A DNA stretch of 63,890 nt, the filler included, from Craspedostauros australis (lineage: Eukaryota): the NCBI GenBank assembly GCA_030167865.1. It is 13 parts of 13 records of this genome, joined end to end, with 100 filler letters (N's around TTAATTAATTAA, not from the genome) between each part and the next. Parts side by side here need not be neighbours in the genome. Positions count along the whole stretch, not along the records: positions 24,024 to 26,294 come from JALAGF010003334.1; positions 26,395 to 28,439 come from JALAGF010003336.1; positions 28,540 to 31,057 come from JALAGF010003337.1; positions 31,158 to 34,078 come from JALAGF010003338.1; positions 34,179 to 37,751 come from JALAGF010003339.1; 8 more parts are not named here. One strand, written 5' to 3'. Of this stretch, positions 23,924-35,211 are shown piece by piece; position 1 is the first letter of the stretch, and every line of letters begins with the position of its first letter. The notes under the pieces are model-generated. The model ran no database searches, was not told the DNA's origin, and saw only the letters and a program-made list of their open reading frames with translations. The position numbers were made by a program, and so were the translations under genes.

Positions 23924-24023
23924 NNNNNNNNNNNNNNNNNNNNNNNNNNNNNNNNNNNNNNNNNNNNTTAATTAATTAANNNNNNNNNNNNNNNNNNNNN
24001 NNNNNNNNNNNNNNNNNNNNNNN
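23924..24023. other. Artificial contig linker (44N-TTAATTAATTAA-44N). Also at 26295, 28440, 31058, 34079, 37752, 39693, 44522, 51892, 54458, 57973 and 59736
   Basis: Identical 100-nt spacers carrying stop codons in all six frames. Confidence 0.98.
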
Positions 24024-24032
24024 TGAACCGAC

Positions 24033-25181
24033 TCAGCTGACCTTGGGTCTGGGAATGTCGACAGTCTCTCCAATCATGCTGTAAATGTTGCCACCCAACC
24101 GTCCCACAGGCTTCAGTTGCATCGTATCCACCGCCGGTCTTTCCACGTCGCTGTTGGCCATCAATACTGTCGAATCCACATGCACACGCACCACCTTGGC
24201 CAGCACGATTTCAGTCGTCGCCTTTCCCGTCGCATCGTTCGTCAAGGCATGGATGTGTTGCAATTCGCATTCGTACGATACAGCAGCCTCCTTGACACGC
24301 GGAGCGTTGACAACCTCACAATCATTGATCTTCGTCATACCGGACACATCGAATTCGTCGACGGAGGATGCGAAGTTGCCGCAGCTGTGGTTGGCAGCAT
24401 CGAGGTACCATTCCGAGATGATGTTGACACAGAATTGGCCGTTGTTGGATTCGATGTTTTGGAGGGAATCCTTCTTGGCACCACCATTGCGACAGAAGCC
24501 GATGGCAATCATGGGTGGATCATGGGCAAGGGCGCCGAAGTAGGAGAACGGCGATACGTTGTCCACTCCGGTGGTGCCGTGGCGCGATGATACCAACGCG
24601 ATTGGTCGTGGCGTGACGGTGGAGATCATGAGGGAATAGGATGATTTCAACACGGATGGATCGTAGACTCGAACATTCTTTCCGAATGTTGACGATGGAA
24701 GCGTTGGCTTTGCCCCTGGCTTGTAGGGTGGCCGATCGGCTAGAGAGGTGGGCGCGACCCGCTCCGCGTCGGACCGCGTCAGAACGCTTCCCGTGACCAT
24801 GCCAACTCCCACCGCCGCAGGAAGAGGGATATCGTACGATGTCGATGAGTCACCATTCTGCGAGGCGGTGTTCTGGTCACTTGTAATCATCTGCGTGTCC
24901 CGAGAAGCAGCGTCCTCGGAAGCCTCAGCAACATCCACGAACGGGGCAGCTGCAGCGAAGGCCGCTGCGCCCACGAGGAACGCTTTTCTCGAAACGCCAA
25001 CAGAATCCACAGCGTTGTCTGCCATGGTTGCGGAAGGAGTGGCCATGGCTGTCTGATGCGATGGCTTTGGAGGCACTGATAGACGTGCATGAGGCCGATT
25101 TGGTGTGGACCATCCCTGCGCTGGTCTGACGGTCGATGTGCCGATCAGCAGGTACGTGAGAGCGATTTTACGAAACGACAT
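24033..25181 (-). CDS. Flavin reductase-like FMN-binding split-barrel protein (DIM6/NTAB family), predicted plastid-targeted
   Basis: YSLMISTVTPRPIALVSS...NVSPFSYF...KKDSLQNI...FCVNII...APRVKEA...YEC...PVGRLGGNIY. The N-terminus has a signal peptide (AQG|W) and a Tat-like motif. Confidence 0.88.
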   Translation of the reverse strand: MSFRKIALTYLLIGTSTVRPAQGWSTPNRPHARLSVPPKPSHQTAMATPSATMADNAVDSVGVSRKAFLVGAAAFAAAAPFVDVAEASEDAASRDTQMITSDQNTASQNGDSSTSYDIPLPAAVGVGMVTGSVLTRSDAERVAPTSLADRPPYKPGAKPTLPSSTFGKNVRVYDPSVLKSSYSLMISTVTPRPIALVSSRHGTTGVDNVSPFSYFGALAHDPPMIAIGFCRNGGAKKDSLQNIESNNGQFCVNIISEWYLDAANHSCGNFASSVDEFDVSGMTKINDCEVVNAPRVKEAAVSYECELQHIHALTNDATGKATTEIVLAKVVRVHVDSTVLMANSDVERPAVDTMQLKPVGRLGGNIYSMIGETVDIPRPKVS

Positions 25182-25799
25182 TGTGGGCAGGACTCTCTTC
25201 AGGGCGAGAGAATTCTCCATTTGAATTCGAGTCTATGTTGCTCCCGGCTGCCCTGGACGATGTACATGGTTGTGCCTCCTTCGACGATGCTGTTGGTGTT
25301 GTCTGTGCCGCTCACGCCGTTCATGTTGTGCTCGACGATGATGTGTTGGATCTCCTGTTGGTATCTTTCTTCTTTGTCTTCTTTGTCTTTGTCATGTCCC
25401 AACATGCACGACTAAAACACTGTGGTTCCTTGTGCCGAATGACACCACGTCTAAGGCACGAACGTAGAACGGAGGAAAAAGTTGAAACAAACAGGCTATC
25501 CAGACCTCTGGAGAGTAGCCGCCATTCCAAGTGATTTCTCTAAATTAAAGTGAAGTTGATGGACTCCAGCTTAAGCTGTTAGAAACAAAGGTATTCGGAG
25601 GGCGCCTGCTGGAATTGTTGTCTGTTCCTTGGTTGTTGCGGACTCCAACGTAGGACTGCGACACTCATTCAGGTGTTCTTCTTGCTGCACCTTGTCAAGG
25701 TTGCATCCTTTCCATCACAATCCGCAGAAGAACATGCAAACTCATGACGTGGTACAACAGCAAGCCTGTGCCATGCCCCTCGCCATCACGTGAACCGAC

Positions 25800-26294
25800 T
25801 CAGCTGACCTTGGGTCTGGGAATGTCGACAGTCTCTCCAATCATGCTGTAAATGTTGCCACCCAACCGTCCCACAGGCTTCAGTTGCATCGTATCCACCG
25901 CCGGTCTTTCCACGTCGCTGTTGGCCATCAATACTGTCGAATCCACATGCACACGCACCACCTTGGCCAGCACGATTTCAGTCGTCGCCTTTCCCGTCGC
26001 ATCGTTCGTCAAGGCATGGATGTGTTGCAATTCGCATTCGTACGATACAGCAGCCTCCTTGACACGCGGAGCGTTGACAACCTCACAATCATTGATCTTC
26101 GTCATACCGGACACATCGAATTCGTCGACGGAGGATGCGAAGTTGCCGCAGCTGTGGTTGGCAGCATCGAGGTACCATTCCGAGATGATGTTGACACAGA
26201 ATTGGCCGTTGTTGGATTCGATGTTTTGGAGGGAATCCTTCTTGGCACCACCATTGCGACAGAAGCCGATGGCAATCATGGGTGGATCATGGGC
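25800..26294 (-). CDS. Second, identical 3' portion of the flavin reductase-like gene, truncated by a gap
   Basis: 25791..26294 is identical to 24024..24527. Confidence 0.8.
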   Translation of the reverse strand, partial: AHDPPMIAIGFCRNGGAKKDSLQNIESNNGQFCVNIISEWYLDAANHSCGNFASSVDEFDVSGMTKINDCEVVNAPRVKEAAVSYECELQHIHALTNDATGKATTEIVLAKVVRVHVDSTVLMANSDVERPAVDTMQLKPVGRLGGNIYSMIGETVDIPRPKVS

Positions 26295-26394
26295 NNNNNN
26301 NNNNNNNNNNNNNNNNNNNNNNNNNNNNNNNNNNNNNNTTAATTAATTAANNNNNNNNNNNNNNNNNNNNNNNNNNNNNNNNNNNNNNNNNNNN

Positions 26395-28355
26395 CTGTCG
26401 CGAAGGTTGCCACCGTGCCGTTGTCGCCGTTCTGTGTTCTTGGATTTGTGGCCATTTCCACTTCAAACTTCAACAACGGTACCGGTTTCATGTTTCCGTG
26501 CTCGTCGACGTATCCTTCCCATCCGACGTCTGCCGCGGTGAGGCCAATCATCTCCTCCTCATCCAGATCCAGAAAGTGAGCTCCCGCCTGAGCCAATTGG
26601 CCCATCTCAAGCTCTTCTTTGCTCTTGACCAAGCCGGTTTCCCAGTCCACTTCGTAGAACTCATTCTGGGCCCAGGCTTCCGGTGTGAACCAGCCCTGGC
26701 ATTTGTGGTCCAGTTTCTTGCTGCAAAAGAAGGGCAACTTCGAGATCAGCTCCTGTGCCTCCACCTGTCGTTTCGGATGGAAGACGAATGTCGTTCTGTT
26801 TTGGTCCATCTTGTCCGTATCGACCGATACGAAGAGGGTGTAGTCAGGGTTGTCGAAGGATCGCAGATTCATGATGACTTCGCGAAGTGTGAGATTCCAG
26901 ATTGGCACCTCCACGTCCAGCTGCATGATGGAGTATACTCCTTGCATTACCATCTTCTTCTCGAACGCGACTTGGTGAGAAACCATCGAGCTCAGGTTCG
27001 CCAGTTCCGAGGGTGGGTGGTGGAAGCGTTGATCCAGGGCGTCCGGCATGAATCTCATCTGTTTTCCCAACAGGCGAACGGTGTCTGCTCTGTTGTTAAA
27101 CATTTCTTTCATCGCCAAGCGGCACTCTCTGGACTTCGACTCCCCGCACAGGATGTGCGTGGCTCGGGGCCTGTTGCGGAAGTCATCCGTGTCAGGACGT
27201 CTTCCTCAGCGCTTCACGAGTTGGATTTCGCGGATGCGGAGCTGAACGACGCAATGATTCTTCACCAGCTCGTTCTCGTTGATGACCTCCGCCATGTCGT
27301 CAGTGTTCATCGAACTGTGGCTACCGAAAAGCCACCCGGCTGTCACAATGTTGTGCTCCTGAATCTGTGATTTCTTGAACGAGATCGCAGCAGAGGCAAG
27401 CGACCCGTCGTCTTCGAAGACGTCCAAGTCCTGCTTGTGCGCCACCCAGATACGGGTGTAGGTCATGAAGCCGGTTCTGGCGTACAGGCTCTCCACGAAT
27501 TGTTTCAGTGATTCGCGGTTGGTCCACTCCACGTCCGCCACAGTCCACGGGCGGAGCTCCTTGCTCTTGCGCCACACCAAGATCTGTGCCTTGGAATCCG
27601 CTCTGAAGATGAATGCTCGTAGCGCGTTGAGACCAGCCATCACTTGCACCAGCGGGGTTTCACTGCCTTCTCTGGACATAGGTAGTCGGATGTCGAAAAA
27701 AGTCTTGTGGAAGTCGCTGAGCGCATCGTTCACGCTGATAAGCTCCCTGGCCTGTGGCTGCTTCCTTGGGTACGCGACCACTTTGTGTCTGGGCTTGCGG
27801 GATTTCTTTTTCGAGGATGGGTTTGGAGACGTTGCTTGGGTCTCTTCTGTGTCGTCGTCTTTGTCCAGGTGAATACCTTTGACCTCCATGAACACCGTGC
27901 GCACCGCGATCCATGCCGCTGTCTCGTGGGTTGCTCTGATCTGACCGAGCTTCCACATCGACGAAGAGAAAATGTTCGACGTCGCCATCAAGCGCACCAT
28001 GACTTGCACCACTGTGAGGTTGGAATCCGCTGGGAGTTTGTTGTCGTACGCATCTTCGAATAGCTTCTTCCACTGCTCCAGCGACGCCCCTCCGGCAAGG
28101 TCCTCTCTCATCTCATTGACGAATGCGATGGTCTCATCGAGGGACCCCTCGGCTCCGGACACCGCGGTGAACGGGTCGGATCCTCGGGTGAACAGGTTGC
28201 GCTCGCGCAGGATGTCTCCCCAGTTTCTCTNGTGGTGATGACTCCAAATCCAACGGTTCGCGTTCGCCGGAGGTGTGGTTTTTTGTGCCTTTTTGGGCGG
28301 AGAGTCTCTGCTCTGTCTCTTGCCTCCTCGTCCTCCTCCACTTGCGCCTTTGCCA
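26395..28355 (-). mobile_element. Non-LTR retrotransposon (Ambal-like LINE) ORF1, 5' portion; in-frame TGA at 27206..27208; abuts an LTR-like element at 28356
   Basis: Reverse complement of the sequence starting at 28540 and 31158. The frame is open from 28354 (GKGASGGGRGGKRQ...) except for one ambiguous NAG codon. Confidence 0.75.
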
Positions 28356-28439
28356 TGTCGAGATGTATATGTGAGTATACGTCAAGATGTACGTGTATAT
28401 GTGCATCGTTCACCCGCTATTCTCTCATACGCACTTGGA
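28356..28439. mobile_element. LTR-like element (16687 family) inserted into LINE ORF1, truncated by a gap
   Basis: TGTCGAGATGTATATGTGAG...CATACGCACTTGGA matches the copies at 16687 and 39451. Confidence 0.7.
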
Positions 28440-28539
28440 NNNNNNNNNNNNNNNNNNNNNNNNNNNNNNNNNNNNNNNNNNNNTTAATTAATTAANNNNN
28501 NNNNNNNNNNNNNNNNNNNNNNNNNNNNNNNNNNNNNNN

Positions 28540-31057
28540 GAGATGAGAGAGGACCTTGCCGGAGGGGCGTCGCTGGAGCAGTGGAAGAAGCTATTCGAAG
28601 ATGCGTACGACAACAAACTCCCAGCGGATTCCAACCTCACAGTGGTGCAAGTCATGGTGCGCTTGATGGCGACGTCGAACATTTTCTCTTCGTCGATGTG
28701 GAAGCTCGGTCAGATCAGAGCAACCCACGAGACAGCGGCATGGATCGCGGTGCGCACGGTGTTCATGGAGGTCAAAGGTATTCACCTGGACAAAGACGAC
28801 GACACAGAAGAGACCCAAGCAACGTCTCCAAACCCATCCTCGAAAAAGAAATCCCGCAAGCCCAGACACAAAGTGGTCGCGTACCCAAGGAAGCAGCCAC
28901 AGGCCAGGGAGCTTATCAGCGTGAACGATGCGCTCAGCGACTTCCACAAGACTTTTTTCGACATCCGACTACCTATGTCCAGAGAAGGCAGTGAAACCCC
29001 GCTGGTGCAAGTGATGGCTGGTCTCAACGCGCTACGAGCATTCATCTTCAGAGCGGATTCCAAGGCACAGATCTTGGTGTGGCGCAAGAGCAAGGAGCTC
29101 CGCCCGTGGACTGTGGCGGACGTGGAGTGGACCAACCGCGAATCACTGAAACAATTCGTGGAGAGCCTGTACGCCAGAACCGGCTTCATGACCTACACCC
29201 GTATCTGGGTGGCGCACAAGCAGGACTTGGACGTCTTCGAAGACGACGGGTCGCTTGCCTCTGCTGCGATCTCGTTCAAGAAATCACAGATTCAGGAGCA
29301 CAACATTGTGACAGCCGGGTGGCTTTTCGGTAGCCACAGTTCGATGAACACTGACGACATGGCGGAGGTCATCAACGAGAACGAGCTGGTGAAGAATCAT
29401 TGCGTCGTTCAGCTCCGCATCCGCGAAATCCAACTCGTGAAGCGCTGAGGAAGACGTCCTGACACGGATGACTTCCGCAACAGGCCCCGAGCCACGCACA
29501 TCCTGTGCGGGGAGTCGAAGTCCAGAGAGTGCCGCTTGGCGATGAAAGAAATGTTTAACAACAGAGCAGACACCGTTCGCCTGTTGGGAAAACAGATGAG
29601 ATTCATGCCGGACGCCCTGGATCAACGCTTCCACCACCCACCCTCGGAACTGGCGAACCTGAGCTCGATGGTTTCTCACCAAGTCGCGTTCGAGAAGAAG
29701 ATGGTAATGCAAGGAGTATACTCCATCATGCAGCTGGACGTGGAGGTGCCAATCTGGAATCTCACACTTCGCGAAGTCATCATGAATCTGCGATCCTTCG
29801 ACAACCCTGACTACACCCTCTTCGTATCGGTCGATACGGACAAGATGGACCAAAACAGAACGACATTCGTCTTCCATCCGAAACGACAGGTGGAGGCACA
29901 GGAGCTGATCTCGAAGTTGCCCTTCTTTTGCAGCAAGAAACTGGACCACAAATGCCAGGGCTGGTTCACACCGGAAGCCTGGGCCCAGAATGAGTTCTAC
30001 GAAGTGGACTGGGAAACCGGCTTGGTCAAGAGCAAAGAAGAGCTTGAGATGGGCCAATTGGCTCAGGCGGGAGCTCACTTTCTGGATCTGGATGAGGAGG
30101 AGATGATTGGCCTCACCGCGGCAGACGTCGGATGGGAAGGATACGTCGACGAGCACGGAAACATGAAACCGGTACCGTTGTTGAAGTTTGAAGTGGAAAT
30201 GGCCACAAATCCAAGAACACAGAACGGCGACAACGGCACGGTGGCAACCTTCGCGACAGCCACAGTCGCCCAACAGTCGGCGCACATTGGATCGGCCATC
30301 ACGAGCACGGCGAGGAACAAATCAGCGAACCCCCAGCGCTTTGCAACGGATCCATTGGCAAAGACGGATTTTGACGTGGACAACCCAGGCGTAAGCATCC
30401 CTGAAGGAGACGAGAGCGACACCGACCAAGAAGGCTCCCTAGCAGGGGAGAGCGCGAAGGAAGGAGACAGCGGAGAGAGCACGAGCGAGGACGAAGGCAA
30501 CGAGGAGGAAGTCGAAAGCGACAAAGACATCAACATGAGTGACCCAATGGAAACCGAAACCACCACGAACATCGGCGAAACAGCCGCCCAGCAAGAGTAA
30601 AAACACACACACATACACACACACACAACAAGACAAGACAGATACAGCCAACAGGGTAACAACACTCAGCGAATCCACAAGGTGAACCAGACAGGGCGAC
30701 GCAGTAAGCAACAAGCCAAGGTCTACGCGACAGAGACGACACGACACAGACAACACGACACAGACAACACGACAAAGACAACACGATACAGAACAATACA
30801 AGATAGCACAACAAGACAGAGACAGAGACAACAAGAGGCAGAGGCACAACACCAAAAGCAAACAAGACACCCGGCGGCTACGGAACAACATTCACACCAC
30901 GCCGCCACGGCCAATTGCCAACAAGGGAGCACGTTAAAAAAATAGGACGCGCGTCCCAACGTGACACCCACGCCTACACAGCCATACCACAGCTTCCACA
31001 GAGTAGCGAACGGAGACGATGGCGGACCAAGACAACCCACCGAACGCGAGTAGGCTA
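28540..31057 (+). mobile_element. Ambal-like LINE fragment: ORF1 (to 30600, internal TGA at 29446..29448), A/C-rich spacer, start of ORF2 at 31019
   Basis: Near-identical to 31158..33690, which leads into an APE endonuclease ORF. Confidence 0.8.
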
Positions 31058-31157
31058 NNNNNNNNNNNNNNNNNNNNNNNNNNNNNNNNNNNNNNNNNNN
31101 NTTAATTAATTAANNNNNNNNNNNNNNNNNNNNNNNNNNNNNNNNNNNNNNNNNNNN

Positions 31158-34078
31158 GAGATGAGAGAGGACCTTGCCGGAGGGGCGTCGCTGGAGCAGT
31201 GGAAGAAGCTATTCGAAGATGCGTACGACAACAAACTCCCAGCGGATTCCAACCTCACAGTGGTGCAAGTCATGGTGCGCTTGATGGCGACGTCGAACAT
31301 TTTCTCTTCGTCGATGTGGAAGCTCGGTCAGATCAGAGCAACCCACGAGACAGCGGCATGGATCGCGGTGCGCACGGTGTTCATGGAGGTCAAAGGTATT
31401 CACCTGGACAAAGACGACGACACAGAAGAGACCCAAGCAACGTCTCCAAACCCATCCTCGAAAAAGAAATCCCGCAAGCCCAGACACAAAGTGGTCGCGT
31501 ACCCAAGGAAGCAGCCACAGGCCAGGGAGCTTATCAGCGTGAACGATGCGCTCAGCGACTTCCACAAGACTTTTTTCGACATCCGACTACCTATGTCCAG
31601 AGAAGGCAGTGAAACCCCGCTGGTGCAAGTGATGGCTGGTCTCAACGCGCTACGAGCATTCATCTTCAGAGCGGATTCCAAGGCACAGATCTTGGTGTGG
31701 CGCAAGAGCAAGGAGCTCCGCCCGTGGACTGTGGCGGACGTGGAGTGGACCAACCGCGAATCACTGAAACAATTCGTGGAGAGCCTGTACGCCAGAACCG
31801 GCTTCATGACCTACACCCGTATCTGGGTGGCGCACAAGCAGGACTTGGACGTCTTCGAAGACGACGGGTCGCTTGCCTCTGCTGCGATCTCGTTCAAGAA
31901 ATCACAGATTCAGGAGCACAACATTGTGACAGCCGGGTGGCTTTTCGGTAGCCACAGTTCGATGAACACTGACGACATGGCGGAGGTCATCAACGAGAAC
32001 GAGCTGGTGAAGAATCATTGCGTCGTTCAGCTCCGCATCCGCGAAATCCAACTCGTGAAGCGCTGAGGAAGACGTCCTGACACGGATGACTTCCGCAACA
32101 GGCCCCGAGCCACGCACATCCTGTGCGGGGAGTCGAAGTCCAGAGAGTGCCGCTTGGCGATGAAAGAAATGTTTAACAACAGAGCAGACACCGTTCGCCT
32201 GTTGGGAAAACAGATGAGATTCATGCCGGACGCCCTGGATCAACGCTTCCACCACCCACCCTCGGAACTGGCGAACCTGAGCTCGATGGTTTCTCACCAA
32301 GTCGCGTTCGAGAAGAAGATGGTAATGCAAGGAGTATACTCCATCATGCAGCTGGACGTGGAGGTGCCAATCTGGAATCTCACACTTCGCGAAGTCATCA
32401 TGAATCTGCGATCCTTCGACAACCCTGACTACACCCTCTTCGTATCGGTCGATACGGACAAGATGGACCAAAACAGAACGACATTCGTCTTCCATCCGAA
32501 ACGACAGGTGGAGGCACAGGAGCTGATCTCGAAGTTGCCCTTCTTTTGCAGCAAGAAACTGGACCACAAATGCCAGGGCTGGTTCACACCGGAAGCCTGG
32601 GCCCAGAATGAGTTCTACGAAGTGGACTGGGAAACCGGCTTGGTCAAGAGCAAAGAAGAGCTTGAGATGGGCCAATTGGCTCAGGCGGGAGCTCACTTTC
32701 TGGATCTGGATGAGGAGGAGATGATTGGCCTCACCGCGGCAGACGTCGGATGGGAAGGATACGTCGACGAGCACGGAAACATGAAACCGGTACCGTTGTT
32801 GAAGTTTGAAGTGGAAATGGCCACAAATCCAAGAACACAGAACGGCGACAACGGCACGGTGGCAACCTTCGCGACAGTCACAGTCGCCCAACAGTCGGCG
32901 CACATCGGATCGGCCATCACGAGCACGGCGAGGAACAAATCAGCGAACCCCCATCGCTTTGCAACGGATCCATCGGCAAAGACGGATTTCGACGTGGACA
33001 ACCCAGGCGTAAGCATCCCTGAAGGAGACGAGAGCGACACCGACGAGGCAGGCTCCCCAGCAGGGGAGAGCGCGAAGGAAGGAGACAGCGGAGAGAGCAC
33101 GAGCGAGGACGAGGGCAAAGAGGAGGAAGTCGAAAGCGACGAAGACATCAACATGAGTGACCCAATGGAAACCGAAACTACCACGAACATCGGCGAAACA
33201 GCCGCCCAGCAAGAGTAAAAAAAACACACGTACACACACACACGACGAGACAAGACAGATACAGCCAACAGGGTAACAACACTCAGCAAATTCACAAGGT
33301 GAACCAGACAGGGCGACGCAGTAAGCAACAAGCCAAGGCCTACGCGACAGAGACGACGCGACACAGACGACACGACACAGACAACACGACAAAGACAACG
33401 ACACAGACAACACGATACAGAACAATACAAGATAGCACAAAAAGGCAGAGACAGAGACAGAGACAACAAGAGGCAGAGGCACAACACCAAAAGCAACCAA
33501 GACACCCGGCGGCTACGGAACATTCACAACACGCCGCCACGGTCAATTGCCAACAAGGGAGCACGAAAATAAAATAGGACGCGCGTCCCAACGTGACACC
33601 CACGACTACACAGCCATACCACAGCTTCCACAGAGTAGCGAACGGAGACGATGGCGGACCAAGACAACCCACCGAACGCGAGTAGGCTAAACGATGCTTG
33701 CGGAGATGCGATGGAAAGCAAAACAACAGCGACGATTCGCATTGTGTTCCAGAACGCAGCTCAAATTCCCATTCACGCCTACCAGCAGAAGAATGAAGAG
33801 ATCTTCGAATTCATAAAGACGAGCGATCTCGACATTCTGTGCCTGGCAGAAACGAACCTACGGTGGGATCACGTCCGACCCCAGGACCAATGGTCGGAAC
33901 GAACCCGGCGCCAGCTGCCAAGATCAAAACATGTCTTCGCATACAACACACACGACGACCGACGAGATCCCAGGATGTATGGGGGTGCAGGAGTGGTAGT
34001 GACAGCCCAAATCGCCGCACGCACATTCAAGAGCGGGATTGACGAGAGTGGGATGGGAAGATGGTGCTGGACGCTCAC
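31158..34078 (+). mobile_element. Ambal-like LINE fragment: ORF1 (to 33218, internal TGA at 32064..32066), spacer and ORF2 start
   Basis: ORF1 followed by an APE-type ORF2, the standard LINE layout. Confidence 0.82.
33651..34078 (+). CDS. LINE ORF2 N-terminal apurinic-like endonuclease domain, truncated by a gap
   Basis: IRIVFQN, DILCLAETN, YGGAGV and GIDESGMGRWCW are APE motifs of diatom LINEs. Confidence 0.85.
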
Positions 34079-34178
34079 NNNNNNNNNNNNNNNNNNNNNN
34101 NNNNNNNNNNNNNNNNNNNNNNTTAATTAATTAANNNNNNNNNNNNNNNNNNNNNNNNNNNNNNNNNNNNNNNNNNNN

Positions 34179-35211
34179 TGGGGCTATTATCATCCATGAC
34201 GCTCGGATCCCGCTTCTCTTGCAACGCCTCTCCTATTCTCTTCGATTCATCGTCTCTCGTGGGCGTAGCTTCTGAACCATCCCTGCACGGCATCAACTCA
34301 TCCTCCGAATCAGAGTTGGCTTCAGTGGAGCTTGTGCTGCTGATCGACACTCCTCCTGATGGATGCTTCTCTTGGTGCACCTGCGATTGCGATTGCGATG
34401 GAGTCTGCTTGTGCTTCGACTTCGGCTTCTGCGTGTGTGGTGGCATGTTGCCGTCAATGAGATAATCCACGATGAGAACCAATTCCACATCGTCGAATGC
34501 AATCCCTGTCAGCTCGTCCACCACGTCCACGAACATCTGGAATTCATCCAAGCCCATTCCAGCATTCTGCCCCTCTTGCTCCAACGCCACCAGCATGCAA
34601 CCATAAGCGACGCGCGACGGAGTTGCCGACGTCCAACCATCCTCTTGCACCATCTCGAACACCAGCTTCCGGCATTGTCTCATCACATCCTTGCGAAGCG
34701 TCGAGCATTCCATGTGCAACAGAATGTGCGACAGCTGCTCGATGAAGCAGTGCGCCGTCGGAGGATGCAGCTTCCATTGCAATGCCTTGAGGATCCGTGT
34801 TTCCATGTCCGCCACATCGTCATCTCGGAATGCCCCGTGGCTCAGCTTCAGCAGCTCCCTCATGGGGAACAGCTTGACTTCGTACAGCTTCATGGCCAGG
34901 TGCAACGACGTCAGAGCGACGAGCTGGTAGTCCGTCGATTCAGAGACCAATCCCTGTCTTACCGATGAATCCGCGAGATACATCCCCACTTCGAGGATGC
35001 ACGGCTTGAGATGGAAGATCTGGACGATGTTGTTCATCCACACCACGATCATCTGACGCCAGTTGGAATCCACCGCGTCTGGCACATACTTGTGAAGCAT
35101 GTTCTGCTGTCTTTTGTAGGTGGACTGCTCCAACGCCATCATCACCTCCACTCGATCCTGCATGGCGGCAAGCTCTTCCGTCAGCACTTGATGCGATGAT
35201 TCCTGCTTCAT
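34179..35211 (-). CDS. Cyclin (diatom-specific cyclin-like), 3' end lost in a gap
   Basis: WRQMIVVWM...YQLVALTSLHLAMKLYE...METRILKALQWKLHPPTAHCFI cyclin box; ATG at 35211. Confidence 0.9.

Noticed and set aside
26395..34078. Apparent inverted and tandem triplication of the LINE
   Set aside because: Copies 2 and 3 start at the same base, and copy 1 ends at their first SNP. This pattern fits assembly-graph bubbles (haplotypes or collapsed repeats) better than a true local array.
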